Source: Octopus vulgaris (lineage: Eukaryota). From it: 64,000 bases of DNA. Made by a program: the position numbers and the translations under genes. The first letter of the stretch is position 1. Each line of letters opens with the position of its first letter. Location of the stretch: the NCBI GenBank assembly GCA_951406725.2, contig OX597827.1, positions 49,352,001 through 49,416,000 on the forward strand, read 5' to 3'. The notes beneath the pieces are model-generated. The model did not search any database. It saw only the letters and a list, made by a program, of their open reading frames with translations, and was not told the DNA's origin. Positions 47,418 to 61,526 of this stretch are shown piece after piece.

Positions 47418-49855
47418 ATACAATATGTTTCCTCTATTTACATAATATTGAGGTCTCTTTCTTTCTTTTGTTATCTTACCGTTTTATCAATATATATATA
47501 TATATGTATATTATTTAAAGACTAATGTATAATTCGATTTAATCAAAACATGTTGAGGCTGCTATTGCGCATAGATAAATTATAAAGTGGCGCTAAACAT
47601 CGTGGTAAGAAACTCTCAAGAGAGCTGAATAGTAGTGGGTCTTCAGAGAAGAAATCCCGCTCAGGCAAGTGTTTTGGCATTTAACTTTCTCAGAGTATAT
47701 GTACCGAGGGCAAAAATAAAGGGACTGCTAGTATAAAAAAAAACTCACAAATAATGAAACTGGCATGTAACTATCTTCTTTATATGTCCACACACTCCAA
47801 ATATCTATATATTATTAAATAGTACAACACTTATATGAATTATATATATATTAAATGACTTTATTATGAAATATGATTATATATATATAATTAATGGTAA
47901 GGTTTTTTTCTGTAGATATTTTCATTAGAAAATTCGACAAAACATTTCAACGAGCGCACAAGGGAGTAGCGTATCTTCTTCGTACATTTATTTTAGATGT
48001 GATTCCTCGTATATCGTAACTAAAGTTTTATATATACTTGGACATTGCTAAAATACTTTTAAACTGCTCTTTAATTACAAATGATTCTTAAATGTTTAAT
48101 CTGAAGCACACAAAAGAGCAATGATCAAAATGTAGGCGAGCGTAATTATGACTAAAGCATACACGTACACCCAAACATTGAAAGACATCCACTGCAAAAC
48201 AGTCACGTGGATCAATGTGTAAGAAAAACCACACCGCTTGTCTACGAATGATGTCACTGGACAGCGTTGTCACGCTTCAACAGTTACGGACACCGAATCC
48301 ATCGTTCATAGCCCATTAAGAACTGCTATTCTTACACTTGAACAGAAATTACTAAAACTTGCTGGTGTGTGTAAAGCTTTATCAAGCTGGAATTGATTGA
48401 TTATAGACACACTAAGCACTGCTTGGTGATTAAAACATGGTTGTGTACAATTATATTTAACCCGTTCACATACACTTCAAATGTGAGAAATTTTTTATTG
48501 GGGATTTTGTCTAGTGAAAACAATTTTCTAAATGTCTGTTATGGAAGTACGAACAAGGATGAATGCGAAGTATATAGAGATTTATGAAGCAATTGAAGAT
48601 TACGTAGATATATAGATTATCTTATGTACTGCAAGAAGGATATTAAAAATACATAGAAAATAAATACAGAACGAAGAACATAATACGAATATATTTGATT
48701 TGTGGATGACGAATCCATTGCATATTATGTAAATTTATATAGGACTTAGTGCAGTGTAGGTTGAGATTAGAGAAATTTGGGGTTTGTGAATTTCTTGTAG
48801 TTAAGGATTAAATTTCAACTACACATATTTACACTCGCAGAATATCTATACAAACAACTTCATAAAAGACACTTCCCATACATGTATACACACACACATA
48901 AATTAGCAAACGAAAACAAACACACACATTTTCATACAACATTCCTCACATTGCTATATATTTCTTCTTTCTACTTGAAATAATAAATACATTTCAATGG
49001 TGACTATGAGTCATGTGAGGGTGCATGGCCTGGTGCTTGGGGACGTGGGGTTTGCTCAGAATATCGTGAATTCAGTTCTCAGACTGAGTGTGGCATTGTA
49101 CTTTTGAGCAAAACATTTTATCTCGCGTTGCTCGGCGATCACTTCGACGCCTGACGCGTGGTAAACCGTACACCTGTTCAGGTAAAGTCGATTTTATGGA
49201 GAGAGTGAGCTAATGTAGAACACATAAGTTTGATCACTGTAAACAAAATCATTTGTGCTGATTGTTCAGCAAGAAATTGCAGAAGCTTCTTTCTCAGACT
49301 ACGGAAGACCGCAGAGACCACAATTATGAGTAGAATACCAAAACATCAGCTACTCTATATTTATAAAAACCTTTGTGTTTTTAATGAATTTCCAACAGCA
49401 AAAACTAAAAACCTATTTACGACCGCAACCTGACAGTAGATAAAAGACATTAAAACAATACCAATCAAAAAAGAAAACAAGGAATAGTTCTCTACTTCTT
49501 GAACTTTTATAGAATTATCTCATACACACACAAATAAAAACTCTGGATTTACTTTCAATTTGAATAGGCCTTGACCCGAGTGAAGCATGTCACAGTCAAT
49601 CAAAATCATATGTATGCATATATATATACATATATATATACGCATACGCAAACATATATGCATAAATATATGCATATACAAACGTATACATACATATATA
49701 CATATGCAAACGTATACATACATATATACTCATAAATAAGCATATGTTTTATATTTACACATATCTATAAATACGCATGAACGCACTCATATATATATAT
49801 ACGTTTATATATTTGTTGTGCAAGATTTTTTATGTTAAGTCGTGTGTTGAAACAG

Positions 49856-50238
49856 ATATTGTTATATTTCGGAATGGTCATTTTGCCAGTTTAGCCAATA
49901 AAAACACACGCACTATATATTTGGTGTTACTTTGATTCAGTGTTATTTTTTTTTTTTTCAGTGTTATTTATTTTTTACATTAATCTTAATCTTATTTCGG
50001 CCAGAGTTTTTTCGTCACACTCTTGTGACCGCATCAGTGGTCCTTTGTTTTCTTCTTTCTTATTTGTGTCTCTCCTTACTAACCGTCAGCCATTTTGTAT
50101 TTCTATAATAAGATTAAGTTTAATGTAAAAAATAAATAACACTGAAAAAAAAATAATAACTCTGAAGCAAAGTAACACCAAATATATAGTGCATGTGTTT
50201 TTATTGGCTAAACTGGCAAAATGACCATTCCGAAATAT

Positions 50239-50246
<8 letters not shown>
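49856..50246. repeat. Inverted repeat (~140-bp arms) enclosing a degenerate hammerhead (49999-50043, minus)
   Basis: Arms 49856-49996 and 50107-50246. The spacer minus strand reads GGACCA CTGATGC G GTCAC-AAGAGT-GTGAC GAAA AAAC TC TGGCC. Confidence 0.85.
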
Positions 50247-50275
<29 letters not shown>

Positions 50276-50897
50276 CACACACCCAGACAGTCGCACACAA
50301 GCTGATATTCGACGAATTCAATTTTTTATAAAAAGAAATGGCACTTGTGCAATATTTTGATATTTAACTATTCTTTGATTTGGATTTATAAACACATTGA
50401 AATATCATATATATATAATACAACTACTTTTAGATATGTATTCTGAAGACACGAGAGTATCTTCAGTGTATATACTTTTTTATTGAAACCAAGATATATT
50501 TCCTATTTTCGTGTGAATTCCTTGCAATTTTCTTGAAACGAATATCCCCAAACTCATCAATATTTCTAATCTTTCTTAGTCCCATCTAGATGAAGTGATG
50601 CTGGTATATGTTGCTTCTCATATTTGTAGGTAAGGTCAATGTGATTTGCGCAGAAGTAACTGTCAGAATTTCAATAGTTGACCATTTAGATTTATTCGCC
50701 ATCCGTTTTTAATTCCCTGAGGAAGGTGCAAGGAACTCTTAAGAAAATATGGAAACCTGTGTTACAATAAGACAAAGCTGGAACACTATTTTACTTTCAA
50801 TACTACATGATATATATAACCACATACATATATATATATATACACACACACACATATATATATACGCACAAATCTTACTCTAACAAATTTAATGTTT

Positions 50898-50928
<31 letters not shown>

Positions 50929-51588
50929 TACTGATTTAATACTTTAGCAACTTCACTCCGTTTTCGCTAATTCAGTTGTTCAATAGTAGAGCTATTAAAT
51001 TTGCGAAAACAGGGCTTCTTTGCTAAAGCATCACTATATTCGCTCTACGGTTTTCTTAGATCCCTATTGAAATCCATTTCGGATTTCTGGTCTCCATGAT
51101 CCAACAATTTTTATATATATATATATCATTATATAGGAGCACGTTTGACACAAGTAAACATTTATACCCTGTGTAAATACAGTAAACGTTTCAATATTAA
51201 ACCAGTACTTATAAACGCTTAATGGTTGTGTGCGTGAATTAATAGATGTGCATATCTATATATAATTTTGTACACGTTTTGTGTGTGTGTGTGTGTGTGT
51301 GTTTATATACCTGTTTCTATGAAAGCCTATTTATACATACCTGATTGTGTATATTTACGTGTAAATGTTTTCTATTACGTTTGTATGCGACAGTGTTTAT
51401 ATATATATCTATATATACGTCTGTGTGCACGCGCGCGTCTAAGTATCCGTAACAGGAGAAATTGAATGGATTTTGCATATCAAATATGCTAATTATGTAT
51501 AATCCGATGTATTAAACTGATATGATATTAAAATATAATGATGGTTTATTAATAGACTGTTTTGCGTATCACTATAGAAGTGTGTGTA

Positions 51589-51641
<53 letters not shown>

Positions 51642-51710
51642 ATGGCTGAAGGGGAAATATGCAATGTGTTCGTTCTAAGTACTAAATATAAATAATACAA
51701 ATATGGTGGA

Positions 51711-52114
51711 CTAGCACAATGACCCGGCGTTGCCGAGTCTAGTGCTAGTGCTTGTTGTTCGTTGCCGGATCGCAGTAAAAATTTCTCACTAAATCAAGAG
51801 CTAAGTTTCTTATCACATTTCAGCCCAGGCCAGTTTTGTTGTTTATGAGTCAGTTGGAGCTTTGTATGAGAGTAATTAATATTCATTGGACTTTGGCAAT
51901 GCCCATATACTTATAACTTATGGGCATAAAGGGTTGGTTTTATCGATTTTTTAATGGCTTTCTGGGGTGACCGGGGAAATGAAAAGATCTTCACGATCAC
52001 CCTCAAACACATTTAAAAGCCCATAGAAAATGCGAGCCTTTTACGTGAAAAACTGTGGATTTGTATAAAGGACACACAGGTACACAGACATTTTGCCGTT
52101 TATAGATATAGAGA
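51711..52114 (-). mobile_element. Non-autonomous Helitron (404 bp)
   Basis: The minus strand begins TC(TCTATATCTATAAACGGC) and ends CTAG. It is inserted between A and T with no TSD, and has a subterminal hairpin CTCGGC-AAC-GCCGGG just before the 3' end. Confidence 0.85.
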
Positions 52115-53618
52115 TTATTGTAAGCTAATGAGTTGGGAAACTTAGTTAAGACTTCCCGGCAAAACACATTCACTTTAATTTTAAAATCTAAAATCCAAAG
52201 CATGTTAGATAGCTTTATTAAGATCAGAAGTAAATTTATATATTATATACTATAAATCACCAGTGTGGGTTAATTAAAAATTAGTCTATTAACGTTCCTT
52301 CCAAACTCCTAATGAGCGGGAAAATATGACGGAGTCTTACGACGAACAGTCTCGTAGCTCTTCAATCACTGGACAGAGAAGATGCTAGCCTTCCTCCCTT
52401 CCTTTCTAAGGTGACGGTCAACTATCCATGATACAATCCACCTGTAGATTCCCTTCCTTCTTTTATACATCAATAGGGCAGAAAGAATATACTTACATTC
52501 TTATTAAACCCACAGTAAGGCTTTATAATATTTGTAATTTAATCAGCTTTAATTTAGGTAGAAAAGCTTGACCTAGTAGTTAGGATGCTGTACTCGCTGT
52601 CATAAGATCGTGGTTTTCTTTCCCAGATCGGGTGGCGAGTTGTGTTTTTTAGCAAAACACTTCATTTTGCGTCCCATCCAAAGGGGTGCTACAATCTCGG
52701 TTGCTTACACACCATAGAAACCGAGTAACCTATGTGCACAAAGACAACAGTTTCAACGCTCGATGTGAGTGAATATTTGGGGAATATCTGAGACCATTCC
52801 GATCGTATGATAGGTGTTGGTATCGCTGTTAATCTCATCTGGCCGGCAAGAGCGAGATGCGTCTTGAACCGATACATTTCTTGATTTAAGTCCTGTAAAC
52901 ATTTCTGACTCGAAGGTTCCACAAGAGCAGTCTCTCCGTACACAGCTCATATCTTCCTGCAGGTTTCCGTCGCTTTCTTGCTTTTTTTTTTTTTTTTTTA
53001 ATCAGAAAGCGTAAGGTGCCAATAATGTTTCTTTTGGCTCTCCATTTTCAGGGTGGTTCCAAATAAACAAATTACAACTTGTCTCACCGCAAGTTCGTGT
53101 TGAACTACGTTGAAGTGTCAAGTATCTAACGAGTGCTCATGTGCAAAAGGACAGGCTGAAGTTAGCTACTTGTTAGAGTGCTTGAAGCTTGGTGTCGACA
53201 AAAACCGAGCGGACTTTCGGGCCAACCCAATACACACACACACACACTCGGAATATCAAGTATATGAATTAGATGAATGCGTGTGCATTGCTGAAGATAC
53301 GAGCTGCTGTTAGACATTTCATATTTACTTGTTTCAGTTAAAGACTGTAGACATGCTGGAGCAACACATATTTCATAAAACGTTAATCCTTCATCTTCAG
53401 GGTTTGCTGTTTATCTTTATATAACATATCTTTTACAATTCTGTTTCTTGATTAATATTTTTAATGTTGCCCAATAAATAGGGTTGTGACTTGATGAGCT
53501 GTTAAAGCGTCGGTATTTAAGACAATGAGGACAAACCCGCACAGGAAGCAACTTTGTTTTCAATCATCCAAGATCGTTAAAATCAGGACTTCTGAAAACT
53601 AGGAGGCGATTGTTGTTG

Positions 53619-53651
<33 letters not shown>

Positions 53652-53656
53652 GATAT

Positions 53657-54610
53657 GGCGGCGAGCTAGAAGAATCGTTAGCGCGTTGGACGAAATGCTT
53701 AGCGGTATTTCGCCCATCGCTACGTTCTGAGTTCAAATTTCGCCGAGGTCGACTTTGCCGTTCATCCTTTCGGGATCGATAAATTAAGTACCAGTTTCGT
53801 ACTAGGGTCGATCTAATCGACTGCCCCCCTCCCCCAAAATTTCAGGCCTTGTGCCTATTGTAGATAGGATTATTATTATTAATAATAAGGTGGCGTACTG
53901 CGCCAGACAAAATCCTTAGCAACATTGTTTCCGGCTCCTCACGTTCTGAGTTCAAATTCCGCCGTTGTCGACTTTACCTTTCATCCTTTCGGGGTCAATA
54001 AAATAAGTACCAGTTGAGGACTAGGGTTAATGTAATTGACTAGTCCCCTCCCACAAAATTTCAGGCCCTTAGCCTATAAAAGAAAGAATCATTAAGTTAG
54101 GAAGCTTGCAAAATCGACAGAGCGTCGAACAAAATGCTTCAAGGCTTTTTTCTGGCACGTTACATTCTGAATTCAAATCCCTCTGCGGTCAAATTTGCTT
54201 TTCGGGGTTGAACCTCGCAGTAGATATAACTAACACCCTACCCCAAAAATTTCTAAAGTTTGAAGCCCTAAAGAACGAAGTGGCGGAATCGTTAGGACGC
54301 CGGACAAAAATGCTTAACGTAATTTCTTCCGGCTTTACGTTCTGAGTTCAAAATCCGCCGAGATTAACTAAGGTTTTCATCCCTTCTGAATCAATAAAAT
54401 AAGTACCTGTTGAGGGCTAAGGTTAATGTATTCGATTAGCCCCTTACCCACAAAAGTTTCAAGCCTTGTACGTTTTGTAGAAAGGATTATTATTGTCATA
54501 TGGCGGCGGACTGTCGACAGCAGAATTGTGAGTTGACGATTAAAATGCTTTTCTGTATTAAGCTTCATCGGATTATTTCTTTTAATAATTCCGAACTGAC
54601 TGTCTTTCAT
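53657..54610 (+). mobile_element. Head-to-tail tandem array of about five SINE family B copies
   Basis: Units start near 53657, 53889, 54099, 54279 and 54502 with GG(C/T)GGCG...GAAATGCTT...TTCTGAGTTCAAAT...CATCCTTTCGGG...ATAAGTACC, and several end in (ATT)n. Confidence 0.85.
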
Positions 54611-54727
54611 CTTATTCTGATCCTGCGCATATATCTCAGCGTGCGTGCAGGTTCATATATGTATATATCGTTAAAAATATATATCTATTATATAGATTTA
54701 TATAATGTAAATATATATACCCACACA

Positions 54728-54780
<53 letters not shown>

Positions 54781-55703
54781 GAAATAACACCAATTGTTAC
54801 TAAAATTTTACACCATTGTTAATCCGAGTTCACGTAACCGCATTTCGATACAACACAATTACAGGTTTGTGTTGTTATCTAGTCAAAATGAGGCTTATAG
54901 GTACGGAGATTCTAAAACTTTATAATTTAACATTTAAAATACACAACAATTAACAAGGAATTTATATATAAAGGCTAAAAATGAAATAGACAGATTTCTA
55001 AAATCACAATGTGTTATATGGCCTGGAAACAGGGCGAAAGTGGGAGTAGATAATAAAATGAAAAGATGAAAGAAAGAATACATGCTAATATATGAAGGGA
55101 GGAGGTGTAGTAAGAATTAGATATTCCACGTAGCTATGATATCAATAGGTAGACTAGATCTATGGAGAAGAGTTGTGTTTATTAGAGGCGAGCGCAAATG
55201 CGAATAAGTTAGGACAATGTAATTTATTATTTAAGTATTTGAATGTAGAGGTGAAAGACAAACAGAAAAGAAGCAAAAAGTAGAAAAAAGATGCATTTAT
55301 ATGGAGGAGTATGAAGCACTTGCGAAGAAGGATAGATTTATTTCACAATTGTCTTTGTCATTATAGGAAAAAAAAGAACTCGATTTCGTCAACCGAATCA
55401 TTGTGCAGATTTTCACTAGTTCCTATTACTGTAGTCTCTTTTTTATTTAAGCACACATTAGTTATTTTCCTTATACACACACAAACAGACACACACACAC
55501 ACACAAACACAATGGTATGTATATATATATATATACCGATTTCGGTCATTGGATGGTTTAGTTGAACCAATCAACCCCAGTAATAATTCTTTTTAAGTTT
55601 GAATTCTTTACTAAGCTACCAACTGAGGGAACGTAAACAAACCAACATTGGTGTCAAACAACGTGAGAACAAACGGAAAGTAACACACATGCACATACAT
55701 GTG

Positions 55704-55742
<39 letters not shown>

Positions 55743-56827
55743 AGATAGGGGTTGAAAAATTCAACCCATATATATATTTATATTCGACGGGCTTCCACGC
55801 AGTTTCCGTCTACCAAATTTGCAAAAACATTAGTTCGTCCGAAATTATATCAGAAGACACCGAAAATGCCACGTAGTAAGACTGAACCAGAAACCAAATG
55901 GTTGCGAAACCAGTATGTTCGTCAATATTGAGTACCTTCGATATTCAGCGTGAAACCGGTAGTAACATTTTCAACAGTTATATGACACAACCAAAAATAT
56001 TTTGCACAACGATATATAAATATATAACCACTTTATTACTGATATTGAGTATACTTTTTCCGATTGAAGGAGAACTAACTCATCTCATATAGATATATAT
56101 ATATATATATTTCATATTCAAGCCTCTTCAATTCTATTTCTTTTTTAACTTTCAAATAATACTAACTTCCGATTCCTGCAAAGTCGAACACATCCTCTCA
56201 TTCTTTCCTCTTTCTTTCTCTCCTTCATTCATAAATAATTATTTTGCTAAGATATTTCGCAAGTGTTTAAAAACTATAAGAAAACTGACTTCTTTCATAA
56301 TACGAAATGAACGCCACGAAATCGGCCTCATATTACCATTTCGATGTAGTTTCATCTTTGACACCCTCTATATAACCCATACGTCATCCTAGCTTCAGAC
56401 TTTATGAAAAAGACAGTGGGGTATTCTTTAATAAAGGACTTAGATTTATAAAACAACTGATATTTAAAGCATTTAAAATTTGTCATTTGCACCATCCTTA
56501 TATGGAAATTTATAAACCTTTCACTAGACTTTGCCGCCGGTAGGCACTAGTCATATACAAAGGAAGTCGAGGTGCGAGCATGTATATGTATATATATATG
56601 TATACTTCGCTTAAGCATTACGAGACTAATAACTTGGTAGAATTCAATATATGTATGCTTCGGAACGAAGTGTGAGCAGTAATAAGAAAATTGAGATGAC
56701 AAAAATAAATGATTATCTAATGAAGTATCCATATATCCTGTAAATAATGATAATATTTTATAGGTTTAAAAGGTTATAAGCGATCACCCTGTAATGACTG
56801 AAGAAAATAGTCTAATATACATATATA

Positions 56828-57229
56828 GGCGCAGGAGTGGCTGTGTGGTAAGTAGCTTGCTAACCAACCACATGGTTCCGGGTTCAGTCCCACTGCGTGG
56901 CATCTTGGGCAAGTGTCTTCTACTATAGCCCCAGGCCGACCAATGCCTTGTGAGTGGATTTGGTAGACGGAAACTGAAAGAAGCCTGTCGTATATATGTA
57001 TATATATATATGTGTGTGTTTGTGTGTCTGTGTTTGTCCCCCTAGTATTGCTTGACAACTGATGCTGGTGTGTTTACGTCCCCGTCACTTAGCGGTTCGG
57101 CAAAAGAGACCGATAGAATAAGTTCTGGGCTTACAAAGAATAAGTCCCAGGGTCGATTTTCTCGACTAAAGGCGGTGCTCCAGCATGGCCGCAGTCGAAT
57201 GACTGAAACAAGTAAAAGAGTAAAAGAGT
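56828..57229 (+). mobile_element. SINE family A, full-length reference copy
   Basis: Complete head, core, internal (TA)n(TG)n and AGTAAAAG-repeat tail. Confidence 0.9.
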
Positions 57230-57379
57230 ATATTAGACTCCATCAACAACTTCCACCCCATAAATAATCAAGAAATTTGCAACTCACATGTGTAGACGAG
57301 ACCTCACAAGTTTCTCTCCGTCAAGGATAAATCTGATTCGAGCTGCCTACTATTACATCGATTCACGAGTAAGAAATTT

Positions 57380-58030
57380 CTTGAATACTTGCAAACAATA
57401 ACAGAACCTGAAAGAAAAGACATCATTTTATTATTCAATCCCAAATTTAATGTAAATGAAACGCTACAAACATCTAGAAACTCATTTAGATTTCGTTTGC
57501 CATATACACCACAACTTTTCAATAACAATGTGTTAGAAGACATTTCCCAGATTTCATATTTCGAGCTAAGTCATACACGTAGTCAAATCCTTACGTGATA
57601 AGTCAACATTTAATTGAAGAAAATCCCTTATATAACTCAAAAAGTAAAGCCTTTCTTGGGTGGGTATAAATAGAACAAGCATAACACTTTCAGACGTTAT
57701 AAAGAGAAAATGTGCAAGATTCGCCATGAACACGTTTAAGAGCCGATGCAACCAACCAACACATTCAGATTGTTGTACTGACAGAACACCCACCTCTCTA
57801 TCACAGTTAGTATGAAAACTAAAGAGACAGAGGAATCAAATGTGTTTCAATTTGATTGGCAGGAATCACGCTTACAGACCGGAATATAAAGTACAGAATT
57901 CATTTGAAACCAAATTATGCATGTGTCTATAATAAAACGTATACATTTAAATATCATTTAAATACTAACTCAAGGTTTTGACAAGTATTAATCTTTAATA
58001 TACCCAACCCTAGCTCAAGAGGAACTTAGG
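57380..58030 (+). mobile_element. Decayed Penelope-like element (linker plus GIY-YIG region)
   Basis: Relics RKDIILLFNPKFNVN, MNTFKSRCNQ, TSLSQLV*KLK and FQFDW match PLE motifs WFNP, TFK.R..H, T.LS...W.LK and I.W. Confidence 0.5.
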
Positions 58031-58988
58031 TTTTGAATTTGGCAATGATCAGTTCTTTTGTGTAACGTTTAACACTTCAGGAGACGTAAAAGAGCTCCGT
58101 ATTAAGATTTACAGAGGAAACTCTCTGATATAAGGTCTTATGTATCACTTTTACTCTAGATCTGCTTTAAATATCCTTAACTTCATTGTATAACCTGACT
58201 TTTGGTAATAATTTTTAATATTGTTCGCTTTTCGGTGGTGATCCTGATTTTTATACGGGAAACATAAGGTGTATGTATTGTATGCCGGTGGATTTACTTT
58301 AGTGCATCTGTATGGCTGTATGGTTTTCTTTTTGTCAATTAGTTTATAAAATATTCTTATTCTTATACCCAACTTCTGTCAAATGGTTGATAAATGATTT
58401 ACAGATTTATATTGTGCGTAAAAACAGAGACAGAAGAATTAATTTACCAAATTTGAATGAAATGCAAATGCTGAGGCATCAGAATCGTATGCTTGTTGAA
58501 AAAACAAAACAGGTCTATCCTATATACTAAAGACTCCCAGAAATGTGATGTAGTGTAATATCAATGACTGAAATAAGGTATATTGTCAGCGCATACAATT
58601 TCCTGTTTTACTACGAAGGCTTTAAAATGATTTAACTAGTTTAAATTTAAGCTGCGTTCTGTGTGAATATACAATATGCAAATTAGCGTAGGCATAACAT
58701 CTAAGCTAAATAGCGACTCAATAAGTTCTCTTCGTCTTTAGAAAAATGAGAGGGCATTTTTTTAAATGAAAAATAATCTCAACAAAAGACTAAATATGCC
58801 AGGAAAATATTTTTTTGCTCTGTGTAAAATCTATTTACTTTCGCTCAGAGTTTCATTGCCCAGGCTTTAAGAGCAGTAGTTTACTTTAAATATATACAAT
58901 ATGTAAATATATACACAGATAAGTGAATTGATGAATATACTTATTCATGTGTATATAAATATCTATACGCATAAACATGTATTTATGC

Positions 58989-59054
<66 letters not shown>

Positions 59055-59935
59055 ATGCGTGTGTATATATACGCACACATGCATATATATATAAACATAA
59101 TTACGTGGGTGTGTATATGCGTTTGTGTGTAATTATATTCCTTCGCTCACACTCACTGAAGCAATCGCTGACGAGTCCTATGTTCACAGAGCCTGGGTTA
59201 TGCATGTGTTTGTGCGTGTGCCTACATCTCAGAATTTAACAGAATATTGCCCATGGTGTTATGGAATTGGAATGGTCGTCATGTCCCGCAAGTACTATTG
59301 GCTTTAGAGGCACTAATGACGCTAATTCAAATATTATTTCAAATTTAAGTTAACGAGCCAGAGAAACATCATTCGTTTGTGACTGGCTCGTTCATAGGGG
59401 GGGAAAGGTTTCTCTCGTGAAACATTGCTATCAAGATGTTTGCTATCTCTTCTGCTTACAAACAAAACTACACGCTACATTAAACATGTTACAACATCTT
59501 GTTGGATTTTTTTAACTCACCGATTACGTCATCGTTTTCAAGTAATGCAACTGATAATTCAGTTTTGCGGTGCTGTGTTCATAACTGAATTCAATGCGCT
59601 ACGTTTCCTGACGAAACATTTACGTCATCGTAAGACAGTAAGATAAATATGACGTGGTCGTTGAAGGTACTATTTCTAGTAACCAAATTCTCCTCAAAAC
59701 TTACTGTACCTTTTTTTAAAACAAAGAGCGCATTAGGTTATCTGTATCTAGATACACTGTGTCTAAAATAAAAGCTGGAACACTTTTGTTAAGGCAAAAT
59801 AGCAACAACGTAACCCATATCGACATCACGCCAATTTTTTCAGTTCTGTTACTGCTTACGACTGCATGCAGAAATGACGTCATATTGCCTCCTACATTTT
59901 TATAGCTAAATTGACCTGATTATTTAAGAGTTTAT

Positions 59936-60572
59936 TTGTGTGTGTGTGTGTGTTTGTTTTGTGAGTGTATGGTTTTGTGTGCGTGTATGGTTTTGTGTGT
60001 ATGTATGGTTTTGTGCGCGTGTGTATGCTTTTGTGTCTGTGTGTATGCTTGTGTGTGTGTGTATGGTTTTGTGTGTGTATATGGTTTTGTGTGTGTGTAT
60101 GATTTTGTGTGTGTGTATGGTTTTGTGTGTGTATGGTTTTGTGTGAGTATGGTTTTTGTGTGTGTATGGTTTTGTGTGTGTGTGTAGTTGTGTGTGTGTG
60201 TATAGTCTTGTGTGTGTATAGTTTTGTGTGTGTGTGGTTTTGTGTGTGTGTGTGTATGGTTGTGTGTGTGTGTATGGTTGTGTGTGTGTGTGTGGTTGTG
60301 TGTGTGTGGTTGGTTGTGTGTGTGTATGGTTGTGTGTGTGTATGTTTGTGTGCGTATGGTTGTGTGTGTGTATGGTTTTGTGTGTGTATGGTTTTGTGTG
60401 TGTATGGTTTCGTGTGTGTATGGTTTCGTGTGTGTATGGTTTCGTGTGTGTATGGTTTCGTGTGTGTATGGTTTCGTGTGTGGATGGTTTCGTATGTGTG
60501 GATGGTTTCGTGTGTGTGGATGGTTTTGTGAGTGTGGATGGTTTTGTGAGTGTGGATGGTTTTGTGAGTGTG
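59936..60572. repeat. GT-rich minisatellite, (GT)n-ATGGTTTY units of 16-20 bp
   Basis: Direct inspection. It explains the THTKPY and VCVYGF ORFs. Confidence 0.95.
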
Positions 60573-61263
60573 TGACTGCACGCGCGGCAAACCACTATCA
60601 ACGTGAAATCATGTAGAACTATACAATTCCACCAAGCAATCCAAAGGTGAAATGTCAATATGGACGCTCTATCTATTAACAAAATAATAAAGAGCAACCA
60701 AATGTTTCACTAATACATGCTCTGGTCTTTCATATGGAATGGATACATTGGATAATGTCATCCAAGAAATATTCTTAAAATAACGGAACAGTCATGGATG
60801 TAATGTTTTAGATTATAGATCATGGAGGAACTCGACAGTCCCGCCATCTGCTAGAAATAGCAACCAAATTACCCACAAATTACAGGTCCTTGCTTCATAG
60901 GACGCATTGGATAATGCAATCCTAGACATTCCTAAAATGACGCGATGGTCAATAATAGAATGTCTTTGATCATAAGTCTGCCTAACTAGAGCTAACCTGA
61001 GGCTGACAAACGGTCACACCCTAGAAGGAATCATCCTTCCCACTACAGTAAGACCTCAACGTAGCACTGAAACTGCAAAAAAAAAAAAAAGACATCAGTC
61101 AATTGAATAGAATCTTCTGCTGAATCAACGAAAATTTCTTCAAAGTGGCGTGGACTAAATTTTATTTAGTAAATTCTTGTCCGTTGGTCGAGTGTTTCAC
61201 CGGTGATACAAAACTAACTGATAACTTCTCCAATAGTTATCCTGAAATTTAACTAATAGCTCC

Positions 61264-61404
61264 TTATTTACATTTGACATATTTGTCCTCATCTTGTTTG
61301 TTGTTAACACAGCGTTTCGGCTGATATAACCCTACAGCCTTCATCAGGTGTCTTGGGGAAATTTCGAACCTGGGTTCTCATTCTTAAGGTATTTTTCGAT
61401 GTTG

Positions 61405-61455
<51 letters not shown>

Positions 61456-61526
61456 TCACTGCCTGGAGTCGAACTCGGAATCTTGGGGTTAGTAGCCCGC
61501 ACTCTTAACCACTACGCCATATGCCC
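61264..61526 (-). mobile_element. tRNA-headed SINE-like element with 3' hammerhead, copy 2 (HHR 61306-61352)
   Basis: A box TGGCGTAGTGG, B box GTTCGACTCC, longer (AAT)n, then GACAC CTGATGA A GGCTG-N11-CAGCC GAA ACGC T GTGTT (U16.1C mutation). Confidence 0.85.

Noticed and set aside
50433-50457. Inverted CTGAAGA/TCTTCAG pair
   Set aside because: No GAAA/stem III partner could be placed on either strand.
61454-61526. Possible tRNA gene
   Set aside because: A and B boxes are present but the acceptor stem does not pair well, and it is part of a dispersed repeat, so it is treated as a SINE head.
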